Both the position numbers and the translations under genes were made by a program. The notes under the pieces are model-generated. The model did no database searches. It was not told the DNA's origin and worked only from the letters and a program-made list of their open reading frames with translations. 64,000 nucleotides of DNA from a bacterium. Lineage in GTDB: Bacteria > Patescibacteriota > Minisyncoccia > UBA6257 > HR35. How positions within the stretch are numbered: the first letter of the stretch is position 1; each line of letters starts with the position of its first letter. Shown piece by piece: positions 17,958 to 27,831 of the stretch. The stretch spans positions 38,101 to 102,100 of the forward strand of contig JBEQAR010000002.1 of the NCBI GenBank assembly GCA_041640295.1, read 5' to 3'.

Positions 17958-19166
17958 ATGATTAATATTAAACAATTCCAAAATTTAATTGAAGAAATTA
18001 GTGAAGATAAGGATTTGAATGAAATAGAAGTTAAAGAAGCAATTTTAAGTGCGTTAGCTGCTGCCTATAAGAAAGATTTTCGTCATAAAGAAGAAAGAGT
18101 TGAGGGTAAATTAGATCCAAGTGGTCGATGGGTGGAATTTTATTTAGTAAAAACAGTTGTTGATGATAATGACCAAGAAATTAGATTTAATCCTTATCGA
18201 CATATTAGACTTTCTGAAGCAATGAAAATCAATCCAGGAATTAAGGTAGGTGATGAAATTAAATTACCACTGGAACCAAAAGATAATTTCAGTCGAGTAG
18301 CTACTCAGACAGCTAAACAAGTTATTTTACAGAAAATAAAAGAAATAAGTAAAAATAAAATTTACGAAGAATTTAAAGCAAAAGAAGGTAAGATTGTTTT
18401 AGGGGTTATTCAGAAAGTAGATAATAAAATGGTTTATGTTGATTTAGGAAAAACAATTGGTTATATGTTTCGCAGTGAGGCTATTCCTGGTGAATTTTAT
18501 CGAATCGGTAATCGAATGAGATTTTATGTTTATGCCGTAGAAAAAACTTCAAGAGGTGTAGAAGTTTATCTTTCGCGTTTTCATCCTTTATTTATTAGTT
18601 CAATCTTTGCTTTTGAAATTCCCGAAATAGCAGAAAATCAAATAGAAATTAAAAATATAGTTAGAATTCCTGGCGTAAGAACAAAAATTGCTGTAAAGTC
18701 TAATGTTGAAAACCTCGACCCTGTTGGTGCGTGTATCGGTCCAAAAGGAGTAAGGGTTTTAAGTATTTCTAACGAACTTAATGGAGAAAAAATTGATATT
18801 ATTTTATACTCTGATGATCCTGTTCAGTATGTGATTAATGCTCTTTCTCCAGCTAAAGTAATTAGCGCTGAGGTTTTACCAAAGAGAACAATTAAAGTTT
18901 ATGTTAGCGAAGATCAACTACCTATTGCTTTAGGAAAAAATGGTCAGAATATTAAATTAGCAGCAAAATTGACTGGTTGGCGAATTGATGTAAGATTAGC
19001 CGAAGAACCAGAAAAAGAAATTGAAGGAGGTGTTGCTGAGGTAGAAGAAAGCCAGCCAGAAAACAACACTCAACAATCCGAAGAAAGCATTCAAAAAGAT
19101 ATTTTAGAAACAACCGAAGAACCTAAAACTAATTCGGAGATTGATCAACAAGAGTCGATTAATTAA
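17958..19166 (+). CDS. nusA: Transcription termination/antitermination factor NusA
   Basis: The protein is 402 aa with an N-terminal domain, an S1 domain and two KH domains (GVRTKIAV...GACIGPKGVRV, ALGKNGQNIKLAAKLTGW). It has an acidic tail. Confidence 0.9.
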   Translation: MINIKQFQNLIEEISEDKDLNEIEVKEAILSALAAAYKKDFRHKEERVEGKLDPSGRWVEFYLVKTVVDDNDQEIRFNPYRHIRLSEAMKINPGIKVGDEIKLPLEPKDNFSRVATQTAKQVILQKIKEISKNKIYEEFKAKEGKIVLGVIQKVDNKMVYVDLGKTIGYMFRSEAIPGEFYRIGNRMRFYVYAVEKTSRGVEVYLSRFHPLFISSIFAFEIPEIAENQIEIKNIVRIPGVRTKIAVKSNVENLDPVGACIGPKGVRVLSISNELNGEKIDIILYSDDPVQYVINALSPAKVISAEVLPKRTIKVYVSEDQLPIALGKNGQNIKLAAKLTGWRIDVRLAEEPEKEIEGGVAEVEESQPENNTQQSEESIQKDILETTEEPKTNSEIDQQESIN

Positions 19167-19183
19167 CTTTTTTAATTTTAAAA

Positions 19184-19660
19184 ATGGAGATCGATGTTTT
19201 TATTGAAATTTCTCAAAATAGTTCAATTAAATATGAATTAGATAAAGAAAAAAATATTTTAAGAGTTGATCGATTTTTATACACCGCTATGTTTTATCCT
19301 TTTAATTACGGTTTTATTCCAAATACTCAAGCAGAAGACAACGATCCCATCGATGTATTAGTTTTATCCTCTTTCCCTGTTTTGCCTGGAAGTTTAATAA
19401 AATGTCAACCAATTGGTGGTTTAGAAATGGAAGATGAGGCTGGTAAGGATGAAAAAATAATTGCTATCCCTTTAGCAAAAATCGATCCTTTTTGGCAAGA
19501 ATATCAAGAAATTTCTTTACTTCCAGAAAGTTATAAAAATCAAATTAAACACTTTTTTGAAAATTACAAAACATTAGAACCAGGGAAATGGGTAAAAATT
19601 AATAACTGGTTTAGTAAAGATAAAGCTATTGATTTAATCAATAAATATTCTAAAAAATAG
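19184..19660 (+). CDS. ppa: Inorganic pyrophosphatase (family I)
   Basis: The protein is 158 aa with the motifs YPFNYGFIPNT and DNDPIDVLVL. Confidence 0.9.
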   Translation: MEIDVFIEISQNSSIKYELDKEKNILRVDRFLYTAMFYPFNYGFIPNTQAEDNDPIDVLVLSSFPVLPGSLIKCQPIGGLEMEDEAGKDEKIIAIPLAKIDPFWQEYQEISLLPESYKNQIKHFFENYKTLEPGKWVKINNWFSKDKAIDLINKYSKK

Positions 19661-19675
19661 AATCTAAAAATAAAA

Positions 19676-22600
19676 ATGGAGAACTTCAATCGGATAGAAG
19701 AAAAAATAATCAAATTTTGGCAAGCTCATAATATTTTTCAGCTAAGCGTAGAAAAAAATAAAAATAATAAACCATTTGTTTTTGTTGAAGGACCACCCTT
19801 TGCAAACGATAAACCTCATATCGGTCATTTTTTAACTCGAATCTACAAAGATGTTATTTTAAGATTTAAAAATATGTTAGGTTATTATGTAGAAAGAGTA
19901 GCCGGGTGGGATACTCATGGTTTACCTATTGAGGTGGCAACAGAAAAATTTTTAAACTTATCAAATAAAAAAGAAGTAATTAATTATGGAATAGATAGGT
20001 TTAATAATATATGCCGAGAATTAGTGATGAAATATAAAAAGGACTGGGAAGATTTTGATAAAAGAATTGGTTTTTGGATAGATCATCAGAGATCATATAT
20101 TACTTATGAACCTCATTATATGGAAAGTTGTTGGTGGTTAATAAAAAAAATTTATGATCAAGGCTTTTTAAAAGAAGAATATCGAGTTTTTCCTTACTGT
20201 CCAAGGTGTGAAACAGTATTATCTCAAGCAGAAGTAGGTCAAGTAGATGCTTATAAAAAGGTTTTAGATCCAGATTTATATGTTAAATTCCCTATTAAGA
20301 ATAAGGAAAATGAATATTTTTTGGTTTGGACAACTACTCCTTGGACATTAATTTCTAACTTAGCTTTAGCTATCAATCCTAATTTTAACTATAGCCTTTA
20401 TCAATTGGCTGATGAAAAATATTGGGCAGTTGAAAATTTAGCTGATAAGTTATCAAAATTGACTAATAAAGAAATTAAAGTTATTGAAACTATATCAGGC
20501 GAAAAATTAATTGGACAAGAATATCAACCATTATTTTCATTAACTAAATTAGAAAATTTTGATAATTGTTATAAAATCTATCCGGCAGATTTTGTTAGCC
20601 AAGAAGAAGGAACTGGAATTGTTCATATTGCTCCGGCTTTCGGTGAAGAAGATTTTGAATTAGCAAAAAAATTTAATTTACCTATTTTTAATCCTATTAA
20701 TGTTAATGGTAAATTTAATTCTGATGAACCCGAGCCAATTATAGATAAAATTAATAATCTTTTCTTTAAAGAAGCTAATCCAATTATCGTTGATGAACTC
20801 AAACAAAGGAATTTAGTTTTTTATATTAAGCTTAATGGTTATGAACATGATTACCCACATTGTTGGCGATGTAAAAATCCTTTAATTTATTATGCTACTC
20901 AAAATTGGGTTATTAGGGTAAGTCGCTTTAATCAAAAATTAATCCAGCTAAATAAAAAAATAAGATGGTTTCCTCCGGAAGTTGGTAGCGGTAGATTCTA
21001 TGAATGGTTAAAAGAAGGTAAAGATTGGAACTTATCACGAACTAGATTTTGGGGAATTCCTTTGCCAATTTGGAGATGTGATCGTTGTGGTTCTACCGAA
21101 ATAATTTCTAATTTACAAGAATTAGCTAATAAATTTAAATCGCAAAATAGATATTATTTAATGAGACACGGCGAAGCAGTAAGTAATGTTAAAAAAATTT
21201 TGTCCTCATATCCAGAATTATTTTTTAATCCCTTGACTAATAGAGGTGTTAAACAAGTTAAAGATAATTTAAAGAAAATAAAAAAATTAAATTTAGATTT
21301 AATCGTTACTTCACCGCTTTTAAGAGCTAAACAAACTGCTGAAATTATTGCTCAAGAATTACATTTACCCATTGTTATCGATTTTGATTTAAGAGAAATT
21401 GATTTTGGTGAATTTAATGGTAAAAAAGAAGAAACATATAATCAACTGATTAAAGATCAATATAATCAATATTTTACTAAACCCACTGGAGGAGAAAATT
21501 TAACTGAAGTTAAAAGACGAATGATTAAGGTTATTTTAGAATTAGAGAAAAAATATGAAAAACGGAATATTTTGATTATTTCACACCAAGATCCTCTTTG
21601 GGCATTATTGGGAGAAATGCATGGATTATCAATTAATCAAACAATTAGCAGAAAAGATTTTATTTTAAATCCAGGCGAGATTAAAGAAGGAAAATTTTTA
21701 GTCTTACCTCGTGATGCTGATGGTGAGATAAATATCCATCGCCCATATATTGATCAGTTTCAGTGGCAATGTAAATGCGGTGGTCTTAAAAGCCGAGTAG
21801 AAGAAATTATTGATATTTGGTTTGATTCAGGCGCTGCACCTTTTGCTTCCAGACATTATCCCTTCGAAAATAGAAAAGAAATTGATGAAAATAAAATTTA
21901 TCCAGTTGATTTCATTGTCGAAGGAATTGATCAAACAAGAGGTTGGTTCTATACCTTATTGGTTTTAGGTTATTTAATTAAAAAAGATATCTCATATAAA
22001 AATGTTGTTTCGTTAGGTTTAGTTTTAGATCAAGAAGGCAAAAAAATGTCTAAATCTTTAGGGAATGTAGTCAATCCCTTAGAAGCTATTGAAAAATGGA
22101 GTAGTGATTTGCTTAGATTTTATTTTTATTATGTTAATAGTTCTGCCGATAATAAAAAATACGACGAAAAATCAATCAATGCTTTGAAAGCAAATTATTT
22201 TAATCTGGTTTTTAATATTTTAAATTTTTATCGGATATATTATGATCCAGAAAAAAATAAATTGAAGAATATAAAAAGTGATAATATTTTAGATCAATGG
22301 TTCGATATTAGACTTCGTTCAGCTTATTATAATGTTTTTTATTATTTAGAAAATTACAATCCAAATAAAGCTAGTCGCGAGCTTTATGATTTGATTAATG
22401 ATTTTTCTCACTGGTGGTTAAGAAGAAGTAGAAAAAGATTTCAAAAGCCTCAAAATAAAAAAGAAAAACTAATTGCCTTATTAAAACTTGAAGATTATCT
22501 TTTAGATTTTTCTATTATCTCTGCTCCGCTTCATCCAATTTTTAGTGAATATTTATACCAAGAATTAAGAAATGAAGTTAGAAACAGAAGGAAAACTCAT

Positions 22601-23188
22601 TTAAGTGTTCATTTAGAAAAACTCTCCCCACCATCCAAAATTAAAACTAAAGAAGAAATTATTTTAAAAACAATGAGTCATATTAGAGAAATAGTTTCCT
22701 CGATAATGATGTTAAGAAAAACTAATAATATCAAGACTCGTCAGCCTTTATTAGATTGTTATTTAGCAGAAAAAATCCCAATGGAGTATTTAGAACTTAT
22801 TAAAGATGAGACAAATATTAAAAATATTTATATAGGTGAACCTAAAAATAAAGAAAATTATTTAGAAGCCCAAGAACCAATTTTAATTTGGTTAAACAAA
22901 AATATCACTAATGAACTCAAGGAAGAGGGTATTGTTAATGATTTTATTAGGTATATACAGGATGGAAGACAAGATTTAAAACTAACTCCTTCGCGTCAAA
23001 TTAATATTTATCTAAAATTACCTGATAATCTTAAAAAAATCATAAAAGAACATCAAAAACGACTTAAATACGAAACAAATGCTAAAAAGATAGAATTTAT
23101 TAAACCTAAGAAATTTCATTTGGAAAAAGAATTTACCTATGAAACTTTTGGTAAAGTGATAATCTGGTTAGATTTAAATTTAAGTTAA
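19676..23188 (+). CDS. ileS: Isoleucyl-tRNA synthetase carrying an inserted histidine-phosphatase-like domain of about 185 aa
   Basis: It has the HIGH motif PHIGH, the IleRS signature WDTHGLPIE, the editing-domain motif WTTTPWTL and the KMSKS motif. The insert lies between the WRCDRCG and HRPYID...CKCGG zinc-knuckle halves. The insert begins YYLMRHGEAV and contains SPLLRAKQTAE and ISHQDPLWAL, which are the RHG and second-His motifs of the phosphoglycerate mutase / histidine phosphatase superfamily. Confidence 0.9.
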   Translation: MENFNRIEEKIIKFWQAHNIFQLSVEKNKNNKPFVFVEGPPFANDKPHIGHFLTRIYKDVILRFKNMLGYYVERVAGWDTHGLPIEVATEKFLNLSNKKEVINYGIDRFNNICRELVMKYKKDWEDFDKRIGFWIDHQRSYITYEPHYMESCWWLIKKIYDQGFLKEEYRVFPYCPRCETVLSQAEVGQVDAYKKVLDPDLYVKFPIKNKENEYFLVWTTTPWTLISNLALAINPNFNYSLYQLADEKYWAVENLADKLSKLTNKEIKVIETISGEKLIGQEYQPLFSLTKLENFDNCYKIYPADFVSQEEGTGIVHIAPAFGEEDFELAKKFNLPIFNPINVNGKFNSDEPEPIIDKINNLFFKEANPIIVDELKQRNLVFYIKLNGYEHDYPHCWRCKNPLIYYATQNWVIRVSRFNQKLIQLNKKIRWFPPEVGSGRFYEWLKEGKDWNLSRTRFWGIPLPIWRCDRCGSTEIISNLQELANKFKSQNRYYLMRHGEAVSNVKKILSSYPELFFNPLTNRGVKQVKDNLKKIKKLNLDLIVTSPLLRAKQTAEIIAQELHLPIVIDFDLREIDFGEFNGKKEETYNQLIKDQYNQYFTKPTGGENLTEVKRRMIKVILELEKKYEKRNILIISHQDPLWALLGEMHGLSINQTISRKDFILNPGEIKEGKFLVLPRDADGEINIHRPYIDQFQWQCKCGGLKSRVEEIIDIWFDSGAAPFASRHYPFENRKEIDENKIYPVDFIVEGIDQTRGWFYTLLVLGYLIKKDISYKNVVSLGLVLDQEGKKMSKSLGNVVNPLEAIEKWSSDLLRFYFYYVNSSADNKKYDEKSINALKANYFNLVFNILNFYRIYYDPEKNKLKNIKSDNILDQWFDIRLRSAYYNVFYYLENYNPNKASRELYDLINDFSHWWLRRSRKRFQKPQNKKEKLIALLKLEDYLLDFSIISAPLHPIFSEYLYQELRNEVRNRRKTHLSVHLEKLSPPSKIKTKEEIILKTMSHIREIVSSIMMLRKTNNIKTRQPLLDCYLAEKIPMEYLELIKDETNIKNIYIGEPKNKENYLEAQEPILIWLNKNITNELKEEGIVNDFIRYIQDGRQDLKLTPSRQINIYLKLPDNLKKIIKEHQKRLKYETNAKKIEFIKPKKFHLEKEFTYETFGKVIIWLDLNLS

Positions 23189-24211
23189 GTAAAATTTTCC
23201 CTCGCGATTTTTGATAATTCCTTTAATTTCCATATAACTTAAAATAACTAAAAGCTCTTGAATAGCTATTTTTGTTTCTTTATTTAATTCCTCAATTGTT
23301 TTTTCCTTGATTTTTAAGCTATCATAAATTAATTCTTCTTGTGGAGCCAGCTTTAAATTTTTTAACTTTCTATTAACTTGATAGTCAAAGTTAAATTCAG
23401 TTAAAATATCTTCTATGTTAGTTATTAGTTTAGCTCCCTGCTTGATTAAATTATGGCTACCTTCAAAATTTTTATTAGTAATTTCTCCTGGAATAACAAA
23501 AATATCTTTCCCATACTTTAAACCATAATTAGCCGTTATCAGAGCGCCGGATTGAATTGGCGCTTCAATAATAATCACCCCATCACTAAGACCAGCGATA
23601 ATTCTATTTCTTAATGGGAAATGATATGGCAAAGGTGGAGTAGTGGGAGAAAATTCTGAAATAATTAAACCATCATTTTCAATTATTTTTTCGATAATTT
23701 TTCTTTTAGTTGTTTGAAGAGCAAAAACAATACCTTCACCCAAGATAGCAATTGTTTTGCCAGGATTTTTCAGTGTTGCTTTATGGGCAGCAAGATCGAT
23801 ACCATAAGCTAAACCACTAATAATACTTATACCTAATTCTGATAATTGTTGACTAAATCGCGAAGCGATCCTTAAACCGTACTCTGAAGCTTTTCTCGTA
23901 CCCACAATCGCTAAAGTTAGTTGACTATTTTTAATTATTTCTTTATTACCCAATAAATAAATTCCCAATGGTGGTGTATCAATATTTTTCAATTTTTCTG
24001 GATAATCAATATTGCTTAAAGTTAAAATTTCTATTCCAAATTGTTTTAATAATTTTTCTTCTTCTTCAAAGTTGAATTCCTCAAATTTATTTTCATTTTT
24101 TAAATAATTATAAAGAGTTTCAAAATTGCCAAATTTATGATATAATTTAATTATCTTAGGTTGATAAGGTTTAAAAATTTTATTGATAACATTAAAATAA
24201 ACCTCCTCCAT
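23180..24211 (-). CDS. dprA: DNA processing protein DprA (Smf)
   Basis: The DprA Rossmann core includes LAIVGTRKASEYG, SGLAYGIDLAAH and GALITANYGLKYGKDIFV. A C-terminal wHTH domain follows. Confidence 0.85.
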   Translation of the reverse strand: MEEVYFNVINKIFKPYQPKIIKLYHKFGNFETLYNYLKNENKFEEFNFEEEEKLLKQFGIEILTLSNIDYPEKLKNIDTPPLGIYLLGNKEIIKNSQLTLAIVGTRKASEYGLRIASRFSQQLSELGISIISGLAYGIDLAAHKATLKNPGKTIAILGEGIVFALQTTKRKIIEKIIENDGLIISEFSPTTPPLPYHFPLRNRIIAGLSDGVIIIEAPIQSGALITANYGLKYGKDIFVIPGEITNKNFEGSHNLIKQGAKLITNIEDILTEFNFDYQVNRKLKNLKLAPQEELIYDSLKIKEKTIEELNKETKIAIQELLVILSYMEIKGIIKNREGKFYLT

Positions 24212-24236
24212 TTTTTATTTTTGATTAAATTATAAA

Positions 24237-24566
24237 ATGATTCAATTATTTTGGGCAATTGATTTTGTTGGTATATTTTTATCAAGATTAATTATTGCTT
24301 TTATATTTTTTGATTTTTTTGTTAAGTATCTTAAGATAGATAAAATTCTTGCTTTTATTTATCTAATTTCCGCTCTTCTTATTTTTTTAGGCTTATATAG
24401 TTCAATTGTTGCTATTAGTTGGATAATTATATTTATTTTGAAATTGTTTAACGAAAAACAAATTAATAGTCTATACTTAAGTTTAATTTCTTATTTAATT
24501 CTTCTTCTTTCAGTTGGTCCAGGTAAATTAAGTTTAGACAGATTTTTTGATATTAGATATTTTTAA
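24237..24566 (+). CDS. Small hydrophobic membrane protein (DoxX-like)
   Basis: The protein is 109 aa with three or four hydrophobic helices. The call rests on the ORF alone. Confidence 0.35.
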   Translation: MIQLFWAIDFVGIFLSRLIIAFIFFDFFVKYLKIDKILAFIYLISALLIFLGLYSSIVAISWIIIFILKLFNEKQINSLYLSLISYLILLLSVGPGKLSLDRFFDIRYF

Positions 24567-24567
24567 A

Positions 24568-26475
24568 ATGAGCTATAAAGCAGAGGACATTCAAGTTTTA
24601 GAAGGTATTGAGGCAGTTCGAAAAAGACCAGGAATGTATATTGGAGGTACGGGCAAAGATGGTCTTCACCATTTAGTTTATGAAATTGTTTCTAATGCTA
24701 TTGATGAAAGTTTAGCAGGTTATGCTAAAAATATAGAAGTAAAAATTCTTAAAAATAATAAAATTTCAGTTTCTGATGATGGTCGTGGAATTCCGGTTGA
24801 TATTCATCCAAAAACAAAGAAATCAGCTTTAGAGACAGTGTTAACTTACCTTCATGCTGGAGGTAAATTTTCTCAAAAACTTTATAAAGTTTCTGGTGGT
24901 CTTCATGGAGTAGGTCTTTCTGTTGTGAATGCTTTAAGTAAATATTTAAAAGCAGTTGTTCATCGTGATGGTTTCGAATGGGTACAAGAATATGAACGGG
25001 GTATACCTAAGTTTCCATTAAAAAAGATTAGACCATCAAAAAGAACAGGTACCACAATTATTTTTGAACCAGATAATAAAATTTTTTCTGAAATTAATTT
25101 TGATCGTAATATAATTTTGGATTATTTAAGACATCAAAGTTATTTAACTCCCGGTTTAAGAATTAATTTTTATGACGAACGCGATGAATTTGCTTATGGT
25201 TTTTATTTTGATGGTGGTTTAGTGAGTTTTTTGAATCATCTAACTAAATTTAAAAAAGTTGTTAATCCCCATCATATATTTGGAAAAATTGTTGATGAAG
25301 ATAAAGAATTTGAGTTTTGTTTTAATTATTTAGAAACTCCAGAAATAAAAGAGTTAGCTTTTACTAATAATATTCTTAATCCCGAAGGTGGTACTCATCT
25401 TATTGGTTTTAGAAATGCTTTAGTTAGAATTTTTAATGATTTAGGAAAAGAATTCAATGTTTTAAAAAATAATAAAAGTTTAATTACTGAAGATATTCGA
25501 GGGGGATTAGTGTTAATTATTTCTTTAAAAATTCCTGAACCACAATTTGAAGGTCAAACCAAGGCTAAATTAGGTAATCCGGAGATAAAAAATTTTGTTG
25601 AAGGTAGAGTGGTTAATTATTTAAGAGAGTATTTTGGTAAATTTCCCGAAGAAGCTAAAAATATTCTTAATAGATTAACAATCAATTTAGAAGTTAGAGA
25701 AGCTGAAAAATCTAGTAGAGAGTCAGTGTTTAAAAAAAGAATTTCGGTTTCTTTAATGCTTTCTGGAAAATTAGCCGACTGCTCTTCTAAAGATTTTTCT
25801 AAAAGAGAATTATTTATTGTTGAAGGTGATAGTGCGGGTGGAAGTGCAAAACAAGCTAGAGATAGAAATATTCAAGCTGTTTTACCCCTAAAGGGAAAAA
25901 TTTTAAATGTTGAAAAATCTAATTTAATTAAAATTTTAAAATCAAAAGAGGTTAAAGATTTAATCACCGCCCTTGGTACTGGCATTGGTAAAGATTTTAA
26001 TTTAAATAATTTAAGGTATTCTAAAATAATTATTGCTACTGATGCAGATTCTGATGGTAATCATATTAGAACTCTTCTTTTAACTCTTTTTTATAGGTTT
26101 TTCAAGCCATTAATTGAAGAAGGCTATATTTATATTGCCCAACCACCGCTTTATAAAATTCAAATTGGTAAAGAAATTTATTATGCTTATAGTGATGAAG
26201 ATAAAGAGAAAATTATTAATGATTATCAAAAGAAGAAAGGTAAAAAAATTTTAGATAATTTAAATGTTCAAAGATATAAAGGATTAGGCGAAATGAATCC
26301 AGAAGAATTATGGGAAACAACTCTTGATCCTAGCCGAAGGCTGTTAAAAAAAATTACCCTAAAAGATGCTGAAAAAGCTGATGAATTGTTTTCAATTTTA
26401 ATGGGTAGCGAAGTCGAACCAAGAAAAAAATTTATTGAAGTATATGCTCAAGAAGTCAAAGACCTTGATATCTGA
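24568..26475 (+). CDS. gyrB: DNA gyrase subunit B. Its start is taken at MSYKAEDIQVL.
   Basis: The GHKL ATPase domain has YEIVSNAIDE and GLHGVGLSVVNALS. The TOPRIM domain has EGDSAGGSAK, and a C-terminal tail follows. The protein is 636 aa with no intein. Confidence 0.9.
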   Translation: MSYKAEDIQVLEGIEAVRKRPGMYIGGTGKDGLHHLVYEIVSNAIDESLAGYAKNIEVKILKNNKISVSDDGRGIPVDIHPKTKKSALETVLTYLHAGGKFSQKLYKVSGGLHGVGLSVVNALSKYLKAVVHRDGFEWVQEYERGIPKFPLKKIRPSKRTGTTIIFEPDNKIFSEINFDRNIILDYLRHQSYLTPGLRINFYDERDEFAYGFYFDGGLVSFLNHLTKFKKVVNPHHIFGKIVDEDKEFEFCFNYLETPEIKELAFTNNILNPEGGTHLIGFRNALVRIFNDLGKEFNVLKNNKSLITEDIRGGLVLIISLKIPEPQFEGQTKAKLGNPEIKNFVEGRVVNYLREYFGKFPEEAKNILNRLTINLEVREAEKSSRESVFKKRISVSLMLSGKLADCSSKDFSKRELFIVEGDSAGGSAKQARDRNIQAVLPLKGKILNVEKSNLIKILKSKEVKDLITALGTGIGKDFNLNNLRYSKIIIATDADSDGNHIRTLLLTLFYRFFKPLIEEGYIYIAQPPLYKIQIGKEIYYAYSDEDKEKIINDYQKKKGKKILDNLNVQRYKGLGEMNPEELWETTLDPSRRLLKKITLKDAEKADELFSILMGSEVEPRKKFIEVYAQEVKDLDI

Positions 26476-27025
26476 AAATTTTTTATTATTTTTGGCTTTA
26501 GTCTTTACAAGTATTTTCTTTTATTTAACTTTTTTAAATTATAATTTTTTAATTATTTTATTTATTTTGTTATTATTTTTTAATTTTTATTATCTCAGAG
26601 GTTTAAATGTTATTTTCTTCTCTTTAATTAGCCCTCTACCTTTTTATTTTTTAGCCATTTTAGTGAAAATTAACCCCTTGATCATTATTCCGCTTTGGGT
26701 TATTTATTATTTTCTTCTTTTAAAAAATAATTATTTAGCTATTATTGGTCTTTTCTTTTTTATTATGATTAATGTTTTTTTCTTGTTTGATCACTTAAGC
26801 TTATTTTTTGTTTTTTTGATCTTTTTTATTTTAGTATGGTTAATTTTCTACTTGCCACTTAAAAATAACTATTTCCAAAGTTTAATTAAAACTTCACTTT
26901 TGGGCCAATTTTTATGGTTAAGTTATTTTTTACCAGCCAATTTTTATGTTAGTCTTTTAATTATGTTTATAGCTTTTATTTATTTTGCTAAAGTAAATTT
27001 CTTAATAGCTAAAGAAACAATTTGA
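26435..27025 (+). CDS. Polytopic membrane protein of unknown function
   Basis: The protein is 196 aa and very hydrophobic. The true start is probably downstream of the overlap with gyrB. Confidence 0.4.
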   Translation: MKYMLKKSKTLISENFLLFLALVFTSIFFYLTFLNYNFLIILFILLLFFNFYYLRGLNVIFFSLISPLPFYFLAILVKINPLIIIPLWVIYYFLLLKNNYLAIIGLFFFIMINVFFLFDHLSLFFVFLIFFILVWLIFYLPLKNNYFQSLIKTSLLGQFLWLSYFLPANFYVSLLIMFIAFIYFAKVNFLIAKETI

Positions 27026-27062
27026 TAAATTTAATTAAAATCTTTATGTTATAATAATATTA

Positions 27063-27389
27063 ATGCTTAATATTGAAGAAATAAAAAATAAACTTTTAAA
27101 AGAAAAGGAAGAAATTAAATTAATCTTGGAAGAATTGAACAAAGAAATGATGGTAATTAAAGAAAGTCAAGAATATGAGTATTCCGGAGTTTCTGAAATA
27201 TTCGAAGAAAAACAAGATATCCATGTTAAGAAAGAATTTTTAAGTTCACGACTAGAGGCGATAGAAAAAGCATTAAATAAAATTAATAATAATACTTTCG
27301 GTTTATGTTTAGAATGCGGAAAGCCAATTGAAGAACAAAGAATTCATCTCGATCCTACTATTGAATATTGTCGAAAACATTCTCGTTAG
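27063..27389 (+). CDS. DksA/TraR-family zinc-finger protein
   Basis: It has a coiled-coil N-terminus. The C-terminal region GLCLECGKPIEEQRIHLDPTIEYC resembles the DksA C4 zinc finger but is partly degenerate. Confidence 0.5.
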   Translation: MLNIEEIKNKLLKEKEEIKLILEELNKEMMVIKESQEYEYSGVSEIFEEKQDIHVKKEFLSSRLEAIEKALNKINNNTFGLCLECGKPIEEQRIHLDPTIEYCRKHSR

Positions 27390-27399
27390 TAAGAGCAAA

Positions 27400-27831
27400 T
27401 TATTTTCTATAATAAATAATTATTTTATCTACCTGAGGGGAGCTTAAGTCTTCACAACTACCTAAAAAAACCCGATATTTGAAATAACGGATACTTTTAT
27501 GTGGATGGTCCTGATTAAACAAGAAAAATGTAAATGGTTGAATATCGATGTAATTATTAGAAAAATTTTCTCCATAAAAAATCCATGGTCCAGATGTCGA
27601 ATTAGCACTAGCTATTTGGAAGCCAACAAAATGTTTTTCTGTTTTTTCTCCTTGCCAACTTATTTTAGTTAAATTATAACTACTTCCCAAATCAAAAATT
27701 GGTGATTCAAGATAGCCTGAAATAACAGCATTATCTAAATTGCATACTTCTTCAGAAAAAACACTATTAAAGAATAACAAAACACTAAGGACGAAAACTA
27801 AAAAAATTTTTAATTTTTTGGAACCAGCCAT
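27400..27831 (-). CDS. Secreted hypothetical protein
   Basis: It has a signal peptide (MAGSKKLKIFLVFVLSVLLFFNSVFS). I recognised no other motif. Confidence 0.4.
   Translation of the reverse strand: MAGSKKLKIFLVFVLSVLLFFNSVFSEEVCNLDNAVISGYLESPIFDLGSSYNLTKISWQGEKTEKHFVGFQIASANSTSGPWIFYGENFSNNYIDIQPFTFFLFNQDHPHKSIRYFKYRVFLGSCEDLSSPQVDKIIIYYRK

Noticed and set aside
24547-24567. Upstream extension of gyrB (MILDIFK)
   Set aside because: GyrB homologs start at MSYKAEDIQVL, and the extension overlaps the preceding membrane-protein ORF.
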